In this document: positions 9,601 through 18,346 of the stretch, piece after piece | Position numbering within the stretch: position 1 is the stretch's first letter | Layout: each line of letters begins with the position of its first letter | Source of the DNA: Bacteroidota bacterium | Lineage (GTDB): Bacteria > Bacteroidota > Bacteroidia > AKYH767-A > 2013-40CM-41-45 | Reading direction: 5' to 3' | Assembly (NCBI GenBank): GCA_039806065.1 | Contig: JBDKJS010000124.1 | Coordinates: forward strand, 1-46,304 | DNA length: 46,304 nucleotides | Notes under the pieces: model-generated | Told to the model about the DNA's origin: nothing | Database searches by the model: none | The model's input: only the letters and a program-made list of their open reading frames with translations | Translations under genes and position numbers: made by a program

Positions 9601-9655
9601 GACATACCAAAGCCATTAAAATGGCAAATATCCTTATCGCTCCTTTGTTTTGCAT
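6644..9655 (-). CDS. secDF: Fused protein-export membrane protein SecDF
   Basis: About 1000 aa with two SecD/SecF-type 6-TM blocks and a large periplasmic domain. I prefer the ATG at 9655 (MQNKGAIRIFAILMALVCLYQLSF), because the track start at 9727 adds 24 non-hydrophobic residues. Confidence 0.95.
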   Translation of the reverse strand: MQNKGAIRIFAILMALVCLYQLSFTLVTKNVERNAREATGNDPVKLKAYLDSMQNVKVYPLLGFTYQKCKENEINLGLDLKGGMNVTMEVSLVDLIKSMSNNSSDPTFNTAINNAVASLATSQKDFVTLFGEEFKKLDPNAKLSTIFTTKTLENRVNLNSSNDEVLKVIREEANGAFDRTYQILKTRIDKFGVTQPNVQKLANNRILVEMPGVTEPDRVRKLLQGTAKLEFWETFDNSEIGPMLEKVNEALKASGGIDTLSTISTDSSLATVDTSSVDSSSQSVAKNAADTTAKDSTKSSLTDQLASAGGDSTKKDTTGKQSFEQFAKENPLYAVLSPSVQQQGNQSFYTKGASIGYALTKDTSKVNQIFNSPRVKALLPKEFKHYWTVKPIESGTQKLVQMIAIRKQSRSEAAPLDGSVITDARKQRDQFGNSWEINMSMNAEGAKIWKRLTGKNIGKSIAIILDDAVYSYPNVNGEIAGGNSSITGNFSQADAEDLANVLKVGKLPAPARIIEDTVVGPTLGKEAISSGLMSFVIALILVLLFMIIYYNNAGWVADMALFVNVFFIMGILASLGAVLTLPGIAGIVLTIGLSVDANILIFERIREEMAAGKGLRLAISDGYKHAYSSIIDSNVTTLILGIILYTFGSGPIQGFATTLIIGILSSLFCAIFITRMIFEKWLAKNKDIKFWSSFSKGLFKDINIDFVGKRKTYYIISTVIIALGVVFFVKNGGLNLGVDFTGGRNYQVRFDRDIATAEVIDAVKGSLGEAPVVKTFGANNQVMLTTKYMIEDQNLATDSLVKSKLEEGLAKIGSKYEVVKSIKVGASIADDIKQSAFWSIFISCALMFLYIFIRFRRWQYGLGAVAALLHDVLIVLSVYTICNGILPFSLEIDQHFIAAILTVMGYSMTDTVVVFDRIREFVGVHRDSKDQTKIINNALNATLSRTINTSLTIFFVLLAIFIFGGEVIRGFSFALLIGIVIGTYSSICIATPIVIDFQKKEKK

Positions 9656-10081
9656 GGAATCTTCAGATGAGTTTTGTGGGTAAATTATTAAAGGGTGCGA
9701 AAATACCCCAAAATCTGAAATAAGCAAAGTTAATTAAGCGAAAAAATCACATTTTTTTATTGATTTTTAACGGGTTATGAATCAAGTTAGCTACCTATTG
9801 GTGTCTTAATATAATACAATAGACAGGATGGTAGCATAGAAGAATAAAGTAAGTAAGGTTTGTACCGTTCGGTTTTTCATTTACTGTAGAATTGAAGTGA
9901 TTAGAAGAAGTAAAACAATAAGACCAGTAGTCCTAGACTTACACACAATTGCGTGAGCAGTAATCCAGTACTAAAAATTTTGGAATGGTTTTTTGCTAGT
10001 GGAGTGTGAGCCATTGCATCAAGTTTTTCCCAAAATAAAACTTAGCAAAATGGTTGTGTGTGTAATTTGTAGGTGATTCTT

Positions 10082-10121
10082 ACAAAACAAAACCCCTGCT
10101 AGACAATATCTAGCAGGGGTT
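10082..10121 (-). terminator. Rho-independent terminator of the SprB-repeat gene
   Basis: 13-bp stem AACCCCTGCTAGA / TCTAGCAGGGGTT with a 5-nt loop. On the minus strand it is followed by TTGTTTTGT. Confidence 0.65.
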
Positions 10122-10144
10122 GTAGAGGTTAATTATCTGGCTTT

Positions 10145-13100
10145 TTAGTTGACCATTAGTTTAACCGTTTCGGTAGTAACACCGTTATTTAATTTGAGCA
10201 CGTAAACTCCAGCTGACAATCCTGATAAATTGATTTGTGCATTGAAGACACGCTCACTTTGTTGTGTTTCATAGTAAATGGTTCTTCCTGTAAGATCCAT
10301 CAACGATAAACTAACAGTTTCATTTACATTCAACATTTTGATATCTACATATTGGTGCGCTGGATTGGGATACACAATAAAGTCAGTACTTTGATTGCTA
10401 GAGGATCCACCTACGAAACAGCCAATAACAAACACATCTACTACATCCGTTGCACTACATCCATTTCCATCTGTTACCGTTACATCATAGCTATCATCGT
10501 CAGTTACGCTTATGGTTTGTGTGGTAGCACCGGTATTCCATAGATAGCTGTTAAATCCGGCTCCTGCATCTAGCGTGATGGTGGTTCCACTACAGATTTG
10601 TTGGTCGCTTCCTAGGCTCACTGTAGGGTCATTGTGATTGCTTGCAATAGATACACTGCCATATGCCGGACAATTGTTATAATCTTTTACCAATACTAAA
10701 TAATCGCCAGCGGTTAAATTACTGCCAGTTGCTGAATTGCCACCAAATGGAATCCATTCATAACTGTATGGGGTGCTACCACCAGCAGCTACCACTGTAG
10801 CTGAACCATCTTCACTTGATTGGCAGTTGGCATTGATTATGTTCACAAATCCAACAGTGATGGTAGTAGAATTTACAATAGCCACATCTGCAATTTGACA
10901 ACCATTTGCATCCGTAACTGTAAGGGTATAAACTCCCGCTACAACATCTATTAAGTTTTCAGACTGTTGATTGTTGCTCCAACTATAGTCATAAGGAAGA
11001 GTTCCTCCTGTTACAATAGGAACTACACTGCCATCATTGTATTGACAGTTGGCATTCACTATATTAAAGGAAAGGCCAAGGGCTGTTGGTTCAAGCACAT
11101 CAAAGCTAGCCATTGCTGTACATCCATTTTCATCAGTAACAGTTACATTGTATACTCCTCCACTTAATCCTGTAATTTCAGCGGTAGAAGCACCGTTGCT
11201 CCAGGAATATAAATAGGAACCAGTTCCGCCACTTACGCTGATGCTAATACTTCCGTTAGCAGCAGTAGTGCAGCTAACATTTGTAGTATTTCCATTAATG
11301 ATGATTTCATTTGGTTGATTGATAGTCACAGTGGTTGTTGCACTGCAGTTGCCATCGCTGGCTACTACAGTATAGTTTCCAGCGGCCAAGTTAGCAGCAG
11401 TTGGGCCGTTGCTTACATTTGGAGACCAAGAGTAAGTGATATTTCCAGAGCCACCGTTAGTAGTCAAGGTAATGGTTCCATCACTAATCCCATAGCATGA
11501 AGCATCTGTGGCAGTAGAAGCAATTGCTAGTGCGGTGCTTCCACCTACGGTAGCTGTTCCGGTTGCAGGACAGTTTCTAGCATCACGAATGCTTACTACA
11601 TAATTTCCAGGGGCAAGTCCATTAGCGGTTTGGCCAATCGTTACAGGGTTTGTATTCCACGAATAGGTATAAGGTCCAGTACCTCCAGTTACGTTTGCCG
11701 TAGCAGAACCATTGCTACCACCACATCCAGCATCCATTGTAGTAGCATTCACCACGAAAGCGGCAGGTGATGTTATGGTCACCGATTGGTTTCCAACACA
11801 TCCGCTAGCATCTATTACGGTAACCGAATAAGTGCCAGGAGAAAGTCTGGTAATAGTTTGGGCTTCTATTTCTCCAGGTTGCCATACATAGTAATAAGGG
11901 CCATTACCACCAGTGAGGTTAGCGGTAGCGGTACCATCCCGTCCATTCGGACAATTGGTTTCCAATCTTCCAGTTACAGCGACCGAAAGAAGTGAAACAG
12001 TAACGGAGAAAGAATAAGTTTGAACACCATTGGTAGGGCAAGCATCATCTCTTACACTTACGGTAAAGGTGTAGGGTTGTGGTCTAGCGTCAGCTGCTGT
12101 AGGGCTCCAGCAAAAAGTACCTATAGGTCTTGAACCAGCGCTAGTGGTAAATGTTGCACCAGCTATGGCTTGGTTCCATGTCATGGTTACATTTTGGGCT
12201 GCATCAACATCGGCAGAGAAAACATCGAAACAAACTTGACCACCACCGCAAATAGTAGTAGCAAAGCTGTTGGTGCCATCTATGCCGCTTGCAGTTGGTA
12301 GTTGATTAGAGCATTGTCTAGTATAAATTTGCATGTCGCGCGTAACCCTTCCAATGAGCACACCGCCTCTGTATTCACGTACTTCAACTGCTAAAATACC
12401 TACTTGTTGTAATGTTGGGTTCATCAATACATCGCCATTCACACTGTTTACGCTTACTGCCGGTGTAGATGCTATCGGATTAGCTGCAGAGTAAGGAGGT
12501 ATGAAATTAACTGGAGCACCATTTTGAGCAAGTGGAGTTACCAATGAATAGGCTAAAGAATCACCGTCAGGATCTACTACACCGTGATTATAAGCGAAAC
12601 TCTGGCCAATGCAAGCGAAGCTAATGGGTATATTAGAAAACACCGGAGAATTGTTAGGGCTGCTTGCATTATTGAGCACTGCCTCTAAATAAATCCTTGT
12701 GTTATTTGGATCATTAATTGTATTAATGGCAAGATTTCTGGCTAAAATTGAAAAAGAAAATGTCCAATCTGTGCACTGTCCAGGTAAGGTAACATTTCCA
12801 GTGTATTCATATTCTCTTATTCCTGGTTCTGAACCGCCATTGCAAGTGGTAGAGCCTGCACCACATGGATAAGTTATTTCATTTCCAGTATTAGGCACCT
12901 GAAAAACATTGAATGATAGGGTAGAAAATCCACATGAATTTTGAACATTAATGGCTACCGGATTTGGAGCAGGAGGATTGCCTAGGCAATCATAATAAAA
13001 TTTTAATTTCACTTCGTAAATATTCCCTGATAAGTGAGAATACGTAAGGTCAGCACCTGCTGCATGAGTAGCAAAGGTTTGTTGATTGAAACAAAAAAAG

Positions 13101-13168
13101 CTGAAGGTCAAAAGTAAAGCAGCATAGAATAAATTATGCTTTTTTGTTGGATTGGTAGTCGTTTTCAT
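10145..13168 (-). CDS. T9SS cargo: large cell-surface protein with six SprB-type repeats and a type-A C-terminal sorting domain
   Basis: Signal peptide. The N-terminal HAAGADLTYSHL...YYDC module is common in Bacteroidota gliding/adhesin proteins. Six repeats of about 75 aa follow the pattern C-x-G/N-x-x-DG-x-(A/I)-x(5-6)-GG-x-x-PY-x-Y-x-W. The C-terminus FIVYPNPAHQYVDIKM...GVYVLKLNNG...KLMVN looks like a Por_Secre_tail. Confidence 0.85.
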   Translation of the reverse strand: MKTTTNPTKKHNLFYAALLLTFSFFCFNQQTFATHAAGADLTYSHLSGNIYEVKLKFYYDCLGNPPAPNPVAINVQNSCGFSTLSFNVFQVPNTGNEITYPCGAGSTTCNGGSEPGIREYEYTGNVTLPGQCTDWTFSFSILARNLAINTINDPNNTRIYLEAVLNNASSPNNSPVFSNIPISFACIGQSFAYNHGVVDPDGDSLAYSLVTPLAQNGAPVNFIPPYSAANPIASTPAVSVNSVNGDVLMNPTLQQVGILAVEVREYRGGVLIGRVTRDMQIYTRQCSNQLPTASGIDGTNSFATTICGGGQVCFDVFSADVDAAQNVTMTWNQAIAGATFTTSAGSRPIGTFCWSPTAADARPQPYTFTVSVRDDACPTNGVQTYSFSVTVSLLSVAVTGRLETNCPNGRDGTATANLTGGNGPYYYVWQPGEIEAQTITRLSPGTYSVTVIDASGCVGNQSVTITSPAAFVVNATTMDAGCGGSNGSATANVTGGTGPYTYSWNTNPVTIGQTANGLAPGNYVVSIRDARNCPATGTATVGGSTALAIASTATDASCYGISDGTITLTTNGGSGNITYSWSPNVSNGPTAANLAAGNYTVVASDGNCSATTTVTINQPNEIIINGNTTNVSCTTAANGSISISVSGGTGSYLYSWSNGASTAEITGLSGGVYNVTVTDENGCTAMASFDVLEPTALGLSFNIVNANCQYNDGSVVPIVTGGTLPYDYSWSNNQQSENLIDVVAGVYTLTVTDANGCQIADVAIVNSTTITVGFVNIINANCQSSEDGSATVVAAGGSTPYSYEWIPFGGNSATGSNLTAGDYLVLVKDYNNCPAYGSVSIASNHNDPTVSLGSDQQICSGTTITLDAGAGFNSYLWNTGATTQTISVTDDDSYDVTVTDGNGCSATDVVDVFVIGCFVGGSSSNQSTDFIVYPNPAHQYVDIKMLNVNETVSLSLMDLTGRTIYYETQQSERVFNAQINLSGLSAGVYVLKLNNGVTTETVKLMVN
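10640..11983 (-). repeat. Six tandem SprB-type protein repeats (period 74-76 aa)
   Basis: The conserved Cys residues fall at aa 406, 482, 558, 633, 708 and 782 of the 1007-aa protein. Each is followed by the (T/A)GG..(P)Y.Y.W motif. Confidence 0.75.
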
Positions 13169-13301
13169 TTATGTTAACGGGTTTAGACTCTGCAATTAAC
13201 TTAAAATAAATTTATGTCACAAACAATCGCATAAAAAGTCAAGGGGAAGTTGGTATAATATTGCTTTTTCTTGACGAATGGCGTTAAACTGGCAGCGGAT
13301 T

Positions 13302-13586
13302 TTAAGATCTAGTCAAGCTCCAAGCGCAAGGTGGCTCCGTAAAGTGTACTTTTAGTTTGGGCCAAATTGATTTGAATAGATCAGAATTTCTATATCGCTC
13401 CAAATCATTAATAGAATCCCATTTACTGATCGTGAAAAACAAATTCGGATTTTCATGATCAGCCAGCAGCTGTACTTCATGGCAACCCCTCATGCCTTTA
13501 ATCAACAATTTATTAGTTTCAAAGATATCTTGGAGTAAGATGGATCCTTGTTTATCCAAGTGAAGCTTGACTATTCTTGTAATCAT
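13302..13586 (-). CDS. ABM (antibiotic-biosynthesis-monooxygenase-like) domain protein
   Basis: 94 aa with a ferredoxin-like dimeric alpha+beta pattern (...FFTISKWDSINDLERYRNSDLFKSIW). The start overlaps the upstream stop (ATGA). Confidence 0.55.
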   Translation of the reverse strand: MITRIVKLHLDKQGSILLQDIFETNKLLIKGMRGCHEVQLLADHENPNLFFTISKWDSINDLERYRNSDLFKSIWPKLKVHFTEPPCAWSLTRS

Positions 13587-14392
13587 ATTTCGGTATCGAT
13601 ATTCACAAACACTCGGTCATTGATGGTGAGGCCTCCGAGCGATTTATTGGGTATTCCACCCAGTGGTGCATCACGAAGTCCTAATTCTAATAAACCCTCT
13701 TGATTAAAATATCCAAAAAGATCACCAGGCGAGGCCTGCTCAGGATAAAGCACCATTACTTCTACATCCATGCCACGGCCTAGATTGACTACAAACTTTT
13801 TGTCTCCTACAAACTTTAGAAATTCATTCTTAGAAATATTGGTTATAATATTTCCAAATTGATTGATGTGTATTACATTCCCTTTCAGTGAGTATTGGTC
13901 AATAGAAAGGCCGGGGAATTTTTTTTGAATTTTGAAATTTGTTGCTGTTAATGATTGAGCAAAAGCTGGCGAAGTACTAAGGTTTAGAATAAATTTTAAT
14001 ATATCGGCCCTTAGATTTGATGAAGCTTGTTGGTGATTGATAGAAGTTTTAAAAATCTTGTAACTTAAATTTTGATTAACATCAATTAACAATGAAAGTG
14101 TGCCGTTATCACGAGCAATGAAAAACTGATTGCTTAATACAAGGAGCAGGTAGGCCGAATCGTTTTCATCGTTGCCAATTTCTATGAAGTGGATAGTATT
14201 ATCAGGAAAGTGTTTGAATGCACTGCTAATGGTAAAAGCAGCTTGCATAGCGCCATAGTCGCGCACTTCATGCGAAATATCAATCACAGTAAGTGCATCA
14301 TTTAGCGTTAAAAGCTGTGCTTTAAAAATAGCTACATCAGCATCTCTATAACCCCAATTGGTAGTAAGTGTGATTAATCTTTTTTCTGACAA
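13583..14392 (-). CDS. DUF62-like protein (SAM hydroxide adenosyltransferase / chlorinase-fluorinase fold), divergent
   Basis: Collinear by eye with archaeal DUF62: ITLTTNWG (vs ITLTTDFG), VIDISH (vs IVDVTH), NTIHFIEIG (vs GTVHVGVIDPGVG), RDNG (vs PDNG), INQFGNII (vs IDDFGNVI). Apparent TTG start. Confidence 0.55.
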   Translation of the reverse strand: MSEKRLITLTTNWGYRDADVAIFKAQLLTLNDALTVIDISHEVRDYGAMQAAFTISSAFKHFPDNTIHFIEIGNDENDSAYLLLVLSNQFFIARDNGTLSLLIDVNQNLSYKIFKTSINHQQASSNLRADILKFILNLSTSPAFAQSLTATNFKIQKKFPGLSIDQYSLKGNVIHINQFGNIITNISKNEFLKFVGDKKFVVNLGRGMDVEVMVLYPEQASPGDLFGYFNQEGLLELGLRDAPLGGIPNKSLGGLTINDRVFVNIDTEI

Positions 14393-14422
14393 TGTTGATA
14401 AGACTGTTGATTAGTAGAGATG

Positions 14423-14430
14423 CAAAAATA
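14423..14430 (-). promoter_or_regulatory. Candidate Bacteroidota -7 box TATTTTTG upstream of the DUF62-like/ABM operon
   Basis: Matches TAnnTTTG on the minus strand, 31 nt upstream of the start at 14392. Confidence 0.3.
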
Positions 14431-14501
14431 ATGATAAATCAATTCAAAAGGATTTAAAAGATTAGCTTCGTTCAACAACAATTTTAAAATCCAACAACAT
14501 T

Positions 14502-15446
14502 TTGAGCGAAGTAGTAATTCCAATAGACACATTCAATCCTGTAGAATTTTTTGGAGTGAATGAAGCTAATTTAGCAGTCATCAGAAAAAATTTTCCTGAA
14601 CTAAAAATAGTAGCTAGAGGTAGCGAAATAAAGGTAATAGGGGATGAAAAAAACATTCATCATTTTAGTGAAAAAATTAATAGGCTGATACAACATTATC
14701 AAAAGTTCGGATCCTTAACGCCTGATAATGTGCAGCAATTTCTTGATGATAGAATAAGCACTGCCGCCAATGGTAATGGCAATGCACCTACAGGCGATGT
14801 GTTGGTCTTTGGCCAGAATGGAATTATGGTGAGGGCACGCACGGCCAATCAGAAGAAAATGGTAGAAAGTTCAGAAAAGAATGATATCGTTTTTGCTATT
14901 GGTCCAGCGGGAACCGGCAAAACTTATACCGCAGTGGCATTGGCTGTGCGAGCTTTAAAGAACAGAGAAATAAAACGAATCATCCTTACACGACCCGCAG
15001 TGGAGGCAGGAGAAAATTTAGGATTTTTACCAGGAGATTTAAAAGAAAAAATTGATCCCTATTTGCGCCCTCTATATGATGCCTTGTATGACATGATACA
15101 AGGAGAAAAAGTAAAGGCTTATATAGAAAGCGGGGTAATTGAGGTAGCTCCCTTGGCATTTATGAGAGGCAGAACACTTGACAATGCATTTGTAATTTTA
15201 GATGAGTCGCAGAATGCTACTGAAAGTCAATTGAAAATGTTTTTGACTCGAATGGGCCCTTCTGCAAAATTTATTGTAACTGGTGATGTAACTCAAATAG
15301 ATTTACCAAGAAACCAACCATCTGGTTTGGTTCAAGCCATTAAGATTTTATCCAATGTAAAGGGTATTGACTTTATTTACCTCGATGCTCAGGATGTGGT
15401 AAGACACAAACTTGTTAAGGATATAATAGAAGCGTACAATAAATAA
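14502..15446 (+). CDS. phoH: PhoH-family ATPase
   Basis: Walker [17 protein letters not shown], Walker [10 protein letters not shown], and GDVTQIDLP. Apparent TTG start. Confidence 0.9.
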   Translation: MSEVVIPIDTFNPVEFFGVNEANLAVIRKNFPELKIVARGSEIKVIGDEKNIHHFSEKINRLIQHYQKFGSLTPDNVQQFLDDRISTAANGNGNAPTGDVLVFGQNGIMVRARTANQKKMVESSEKNDIVFAIGPAGTGKTYTAVALAVRALKNREIKRIILTRPAVEAGENLGFLPGDLKEKIDPYLRPLYDALYDMIQGEKVKAYIESGVIEVAPLAFMRGRTLDNAFVILDESQNATESQLKMFLTRMGPSAKFIVTGDVTQIDLPRNQPSGLVQAIKILSNVKGIDFIYLDAQDVVRHKLVKDIIEAYNK

Positions 15447-16399
15447 TGGAAGCGATAGCACAAACAGATTTTAAATTTCCAAGACAAACCAATTTTTACA
15501 GAGGTAAGGTACGTGATGTATATACTATCCAAAATCAATTATTGGTTATGGTAGCAAGCGATCGAATATCAGCATTCGATGTGGTACTCCCAAAAGCAAT
15601 ACCCTATAAAGGGCAAGTGCTTAACCAAATTGCTGCTTACATGCTTGAAGCCACTAGTGATATAGTGCCCAATTGGTTGCTTGGTACTCCACATTCGCAA
15701 ATAGCAATAGGCCGTAAGTGTGAACCCTTTAAAGTAGAGATGGTAATAAGAGGCTACTTAGCAGGACATGCTGCCCGTGAATATGCCTTAGGGAAGCGAA
15801 GTATATGTGGAGTGAAACTTCCTGAAGGTTTGAAAGAGAATGATGCCCTTCCTCAACCCATTATTACTCCCACTACTAAAGCTTCGATAGGGCACGATGA
15901 GGATATTAGTAAAGAAGAAATTATTAATCAAGGAATAGTATCTGAACCGCTGTATCTACAATTAGAAAAATTCACAAGGTTATTATATTCAAGAGGTCAG
16001 GAAATAGCAAATAGTCGGAATTTAATTTTGGTAGATACCAAATATGAGTTTGGTCTTTACAATGGACAGGTTATGCTAATGGATGAAATACACACCCCCG
16101 ATTCATCCAGATATTTCTATAAAGACACGTACGAAAATTTGCAAAAAGCAGGCAAGCCACAACGTCAACTAAGTAAAGAATTTGTAAGAGTATGGTTAAT
16201 GGACAATGGCTTTCAGGGAAAAGATGGCCAAAAGGTGCCTGAAATGACTACCACTTGGATAAACGAAATAAGTGAAAGATATATTGAATTATTTGAAAAA
16301 GTGACTGGGCAGAAATTTGTAAAATCAAATCTCTCAATAGAGAATCCACAGGTTACGGCTACCATTGTTTCAGCATTGGATCAATTTTTAAGTAGCTAA
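15446..16399 (+). CDS. purC: Phosphoribosylaminoimidazole-succinocarboxamide (SAICAR) synthase
   Basis: YRGKVRDVY...SDRISAFD...LVDTKYEFG motifs. 317 aa long form. The start overlaps the phoH stop. Confidence 0.93.
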   Translation: MEAIAQTDFKFPRQTNFYRGKVRDVYTIQNQLLVMVASDRISAFDVVLPKAIPYKGQVLNQIAAYMLEATSDIVPNWLLGTPHSQIAIGRKCEPFKVEMVIRGYLAGHAAREYALGKRSICGVKLPEGLKENDALPQPIITPTTKASIGHDEDISKEEIINQGIVSEPLYLQLEKFTRLLYSRGQEIANSRNLILVDTKYEFGLYNGQVMLMDEIHTPDSSRYFYKDTYENLQKAGKPQRQLSKEFVRVWLMDNGFQGKDGQKVPEMTTTWINEISERYIELFEKVTGQKFVKSNLSIENPQVTATIVSALDQFLSS

Positions 16400-16583
16400 G
16401 CTATATTTTAGAGTTTATTTATTTGTAAGATTTGAGTAATTATTCAAGTAATTGACATTAAAAATTACATAATAGTTTAATTGCCTAACTATTCTATATT
16501 ATGTAAGTAATATATTTTTTCGAGCTATTTTTTTTTGAACATTGATTAGTTTCACATTGAGTCAAAAATTAATCAACACGCTA

Positions 16584-18260
16584 ATGAAAAAATTTACTTA
16601 CCAGCATTTACTTTTACTTTCGCTTTTTACAAGCGTGGGTTTATTATCTAATGCAACAACAGACCCTTCGCCCATTACCGGGCCAGCTTTTGTTTGTTAC
16701 AATCAAAGTGGTACGGTGTATGAAGTAACCAACATCCCTGGTGCTACTTTTAATTGGAATGTCACAGGAGGAGGCGTTATTACCAGTGTAAATGGTACCA
16801 ACAGCATTACCATTGATTGGGGTACCACATTTGGTGATGTTTGCGTAACGGCTGATGATGGGAGTGGAGTGAGCAATCCATCATGTTTAGCAGTGCAATA
16901 TGCCAATGATAGACCAACATTGCCGGATACTATTTTTGGCGCACAGAATACTTTGTGTCCTAGTCAAATTGTTACTTATTCCGTTCCTTTGGATTTACTA
17001 GCCACCACTTATGATTGGATAGTACCTGCCAATACTACTATATTGTCAGGACAGGGAACCAACACTATTGAATTATTGGTTCAGCCATTCTTTAATTGGG
17101 GCTATTTAAGAGTATCGGCCATCAATTGTCGTGGAACTAGAGGGCAGAAGGCCATTACCTTGTTTTCAAAACCTGTAACACCGGGGCCAATAGCAGGCCC
17201 ACAAGTAGGAGCATGTGCAGGCAATACATACACCTATAGTATTACCCCTGTTAATGGAGCCACATCTTATACTTGGATTGCCCCCGCTGGAAGTTTAATT
17301 TCAACTCCAGCAGCAAGTGGCAATCCGCTTACCTCAAGTGCTACCACTGTATCGGTAACTTTTTCTTCTAGTTTTACTGTTGGAGATCTAAGTGTGGTGT
17401 CTAACAGTGGTTGTGGTAGTAGCAATCCAAGAGTTTGGAGAATTAGGTCCGTACCCATGCGACCTGGAGCCATCAGTGGGTTACAGTATGGTTTGTGCGA
17501 TTTGGCAAATGTGCCTTACAGCATAGCTCCACTAGCAGGCGCCACCAGTTATACTTGGACACTTACCCCTTCTAGTGCAGGAACAATAGTTGGAAATGGT
17601 AATAGCATCACAGTGAATTTCACTGGCAGTTTTACTGTGGCAAATCTATGCGTAGTAGCTTCTAATGATTGTGGCAATAGCATTGAACGATGTATGAGAA
17701 TATTTGCAATGCCACAAAGGCCTGGCCCAATTGAGGGTCCAATAGGAGCTTGCAATAGTAACCCCAGCATAAGCATAGCCTATTATGAAATAGATCCTGT
17801 ATTTGGTGCTAGTGATTACACTTGGACTGTACCTTTGGGAGCTACCATAATAAACGGACAGGGAACCAATGAAATAACCGTAGATTTTTTAGGGGGTACT
17901 ACGGGTGATGTTGTAGTAACTGCAAATAACATTTGTGGAGTAAGTATTCCGCGTAAGTTGAATGTGATTGTCAATGGTTGTAGAATAGGTTCGATGTCAT
18001 CTATAAGTATTGATGCCATTAGAGCCTTTCCTAATCCGGCACATGATCAAATAAGCCTAAGCCTCACTTCAGGTACTGATCAAGCCATCAACATTGTTAT
18101 ATTAGATGTGGCAGGTAGAAAAGTTCAATCATTCCAAAAATCTTGTGTAGTTGGTTCAAATGTGATAGAAATGCCAGTAGCGAATTTAGAAAAAGGTATT
18201 TATTTTATTCAAATAATAATGGAAGGAAGGTCAGAGAAGGTAATGTTTGTTAAAGATTAA
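16584..18260 (+). CDS. T9SS cargo: secreted protein with five repeats of about 85-95 aa and a type-A C-terminal sorting domain
   Basis: The ATG at 16584 gives a signal peptide (MKKFTYQHLLLLSLFTSVGLLS). Five repeats follow the pattern I.GP...C.....Y.....GATSYTW..P.GA.I..GQGTN.I.V.F......L.V.A.N.CG.S. The C-terminus FPNPAHDQISLSL...GIYFIQIIMEG...MFVKD resembles a T9SS sorting domain. Confidence 0.8.
   Translation: MKKFTYQHLLLLSLFTSVGLLSNATTDPSPITGPAFVCYNQSGTVYEVTNIPGATFNWNVTGGGVITSVNGTNSITIDWGTTFGDVCVTADDGSGVSNPSCLAVQYANDRPTLPDTIFGAQNTLCPSQIVTYSVPLDLLATTYDWIVPANTTILSGQGTNTIELLVQPFFNWGYLRVSAINCRGTRGQKAITLFSKPVTPGPIAGPQVGACAGNTYTYSITPVNGATSYTWIAPAGSLISTPAASGNPLTSSATTVSVTFSSSFTVGDLSVVSNSGCGSSNPRVWRIRSVPMRPGAISGLQYGLCDLANVPYSIAPLAGATSYTWTLTPSSAGTIVGNGNSITVNFTGSFTVANLCVVASNDCGNSIERCMRIFAMPQRPGPIEGPIGACNSNPSISIAYYEIDPVFGASDYTWTVPLGATIINGQGTNEITVDFLGGTTGDVVVTANNICGVSIPRKLNVIVNGCRIGSMSSISIDAIRAFPNPAHDQISLSLTSGTDQAINIVILDVAGRKVQSFQKSCVVGSNVIEMPVANLEKGIYFIQIIMEGRSEKVMFVKD
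16674..17981 (+). repeat. Five tandem Cys-containing Ig/PKD-like protein repeats
   Basis: The repeats start at ITGPAFVC, IFGAQNTLC, IAGPQVGAC, ISGLQYGLC and IEGPIGAC. Each has a second conserved Cys near its end (N.CG.S). Confidence 0.7.
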
Positions 18261-18277
18261 ATTCTAAACCATACAAG

Positions 18278-18311
18278 AAACGGCTGAGAAAATATCTTCA
18301 GCCGTTTTTTT
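18278..18311. terminator. Rho-independent terminator between two convergent genes (the T9SS cargo gene and purA)
   Basis: The AAACGGCTGA / TCAGCCGTTT stem is followed by T7 on the plus strand. It lies between two convergent stop codons. Confidence 0.65.
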
Positions 18312-18346
18312 ATGGTTAATACTTCCTTCTATTTTTTAGTAACAAA

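Noticed and set aside
10352-11995. Four 61-69-aa plus-strand ORFs inside the SprB-repeat gene. The same applies to the antisense ORFs at 16703-18019 inside the five-repeat T9SS cargo gene (16584-18260) and the one at 34020-34226 inside the PKD cargo gene.
   Set aside because: They are antisense shadows of Gly/Thr/Ser-rich repeat coding sequence. Such regions are stop-poor on the opposite strand.
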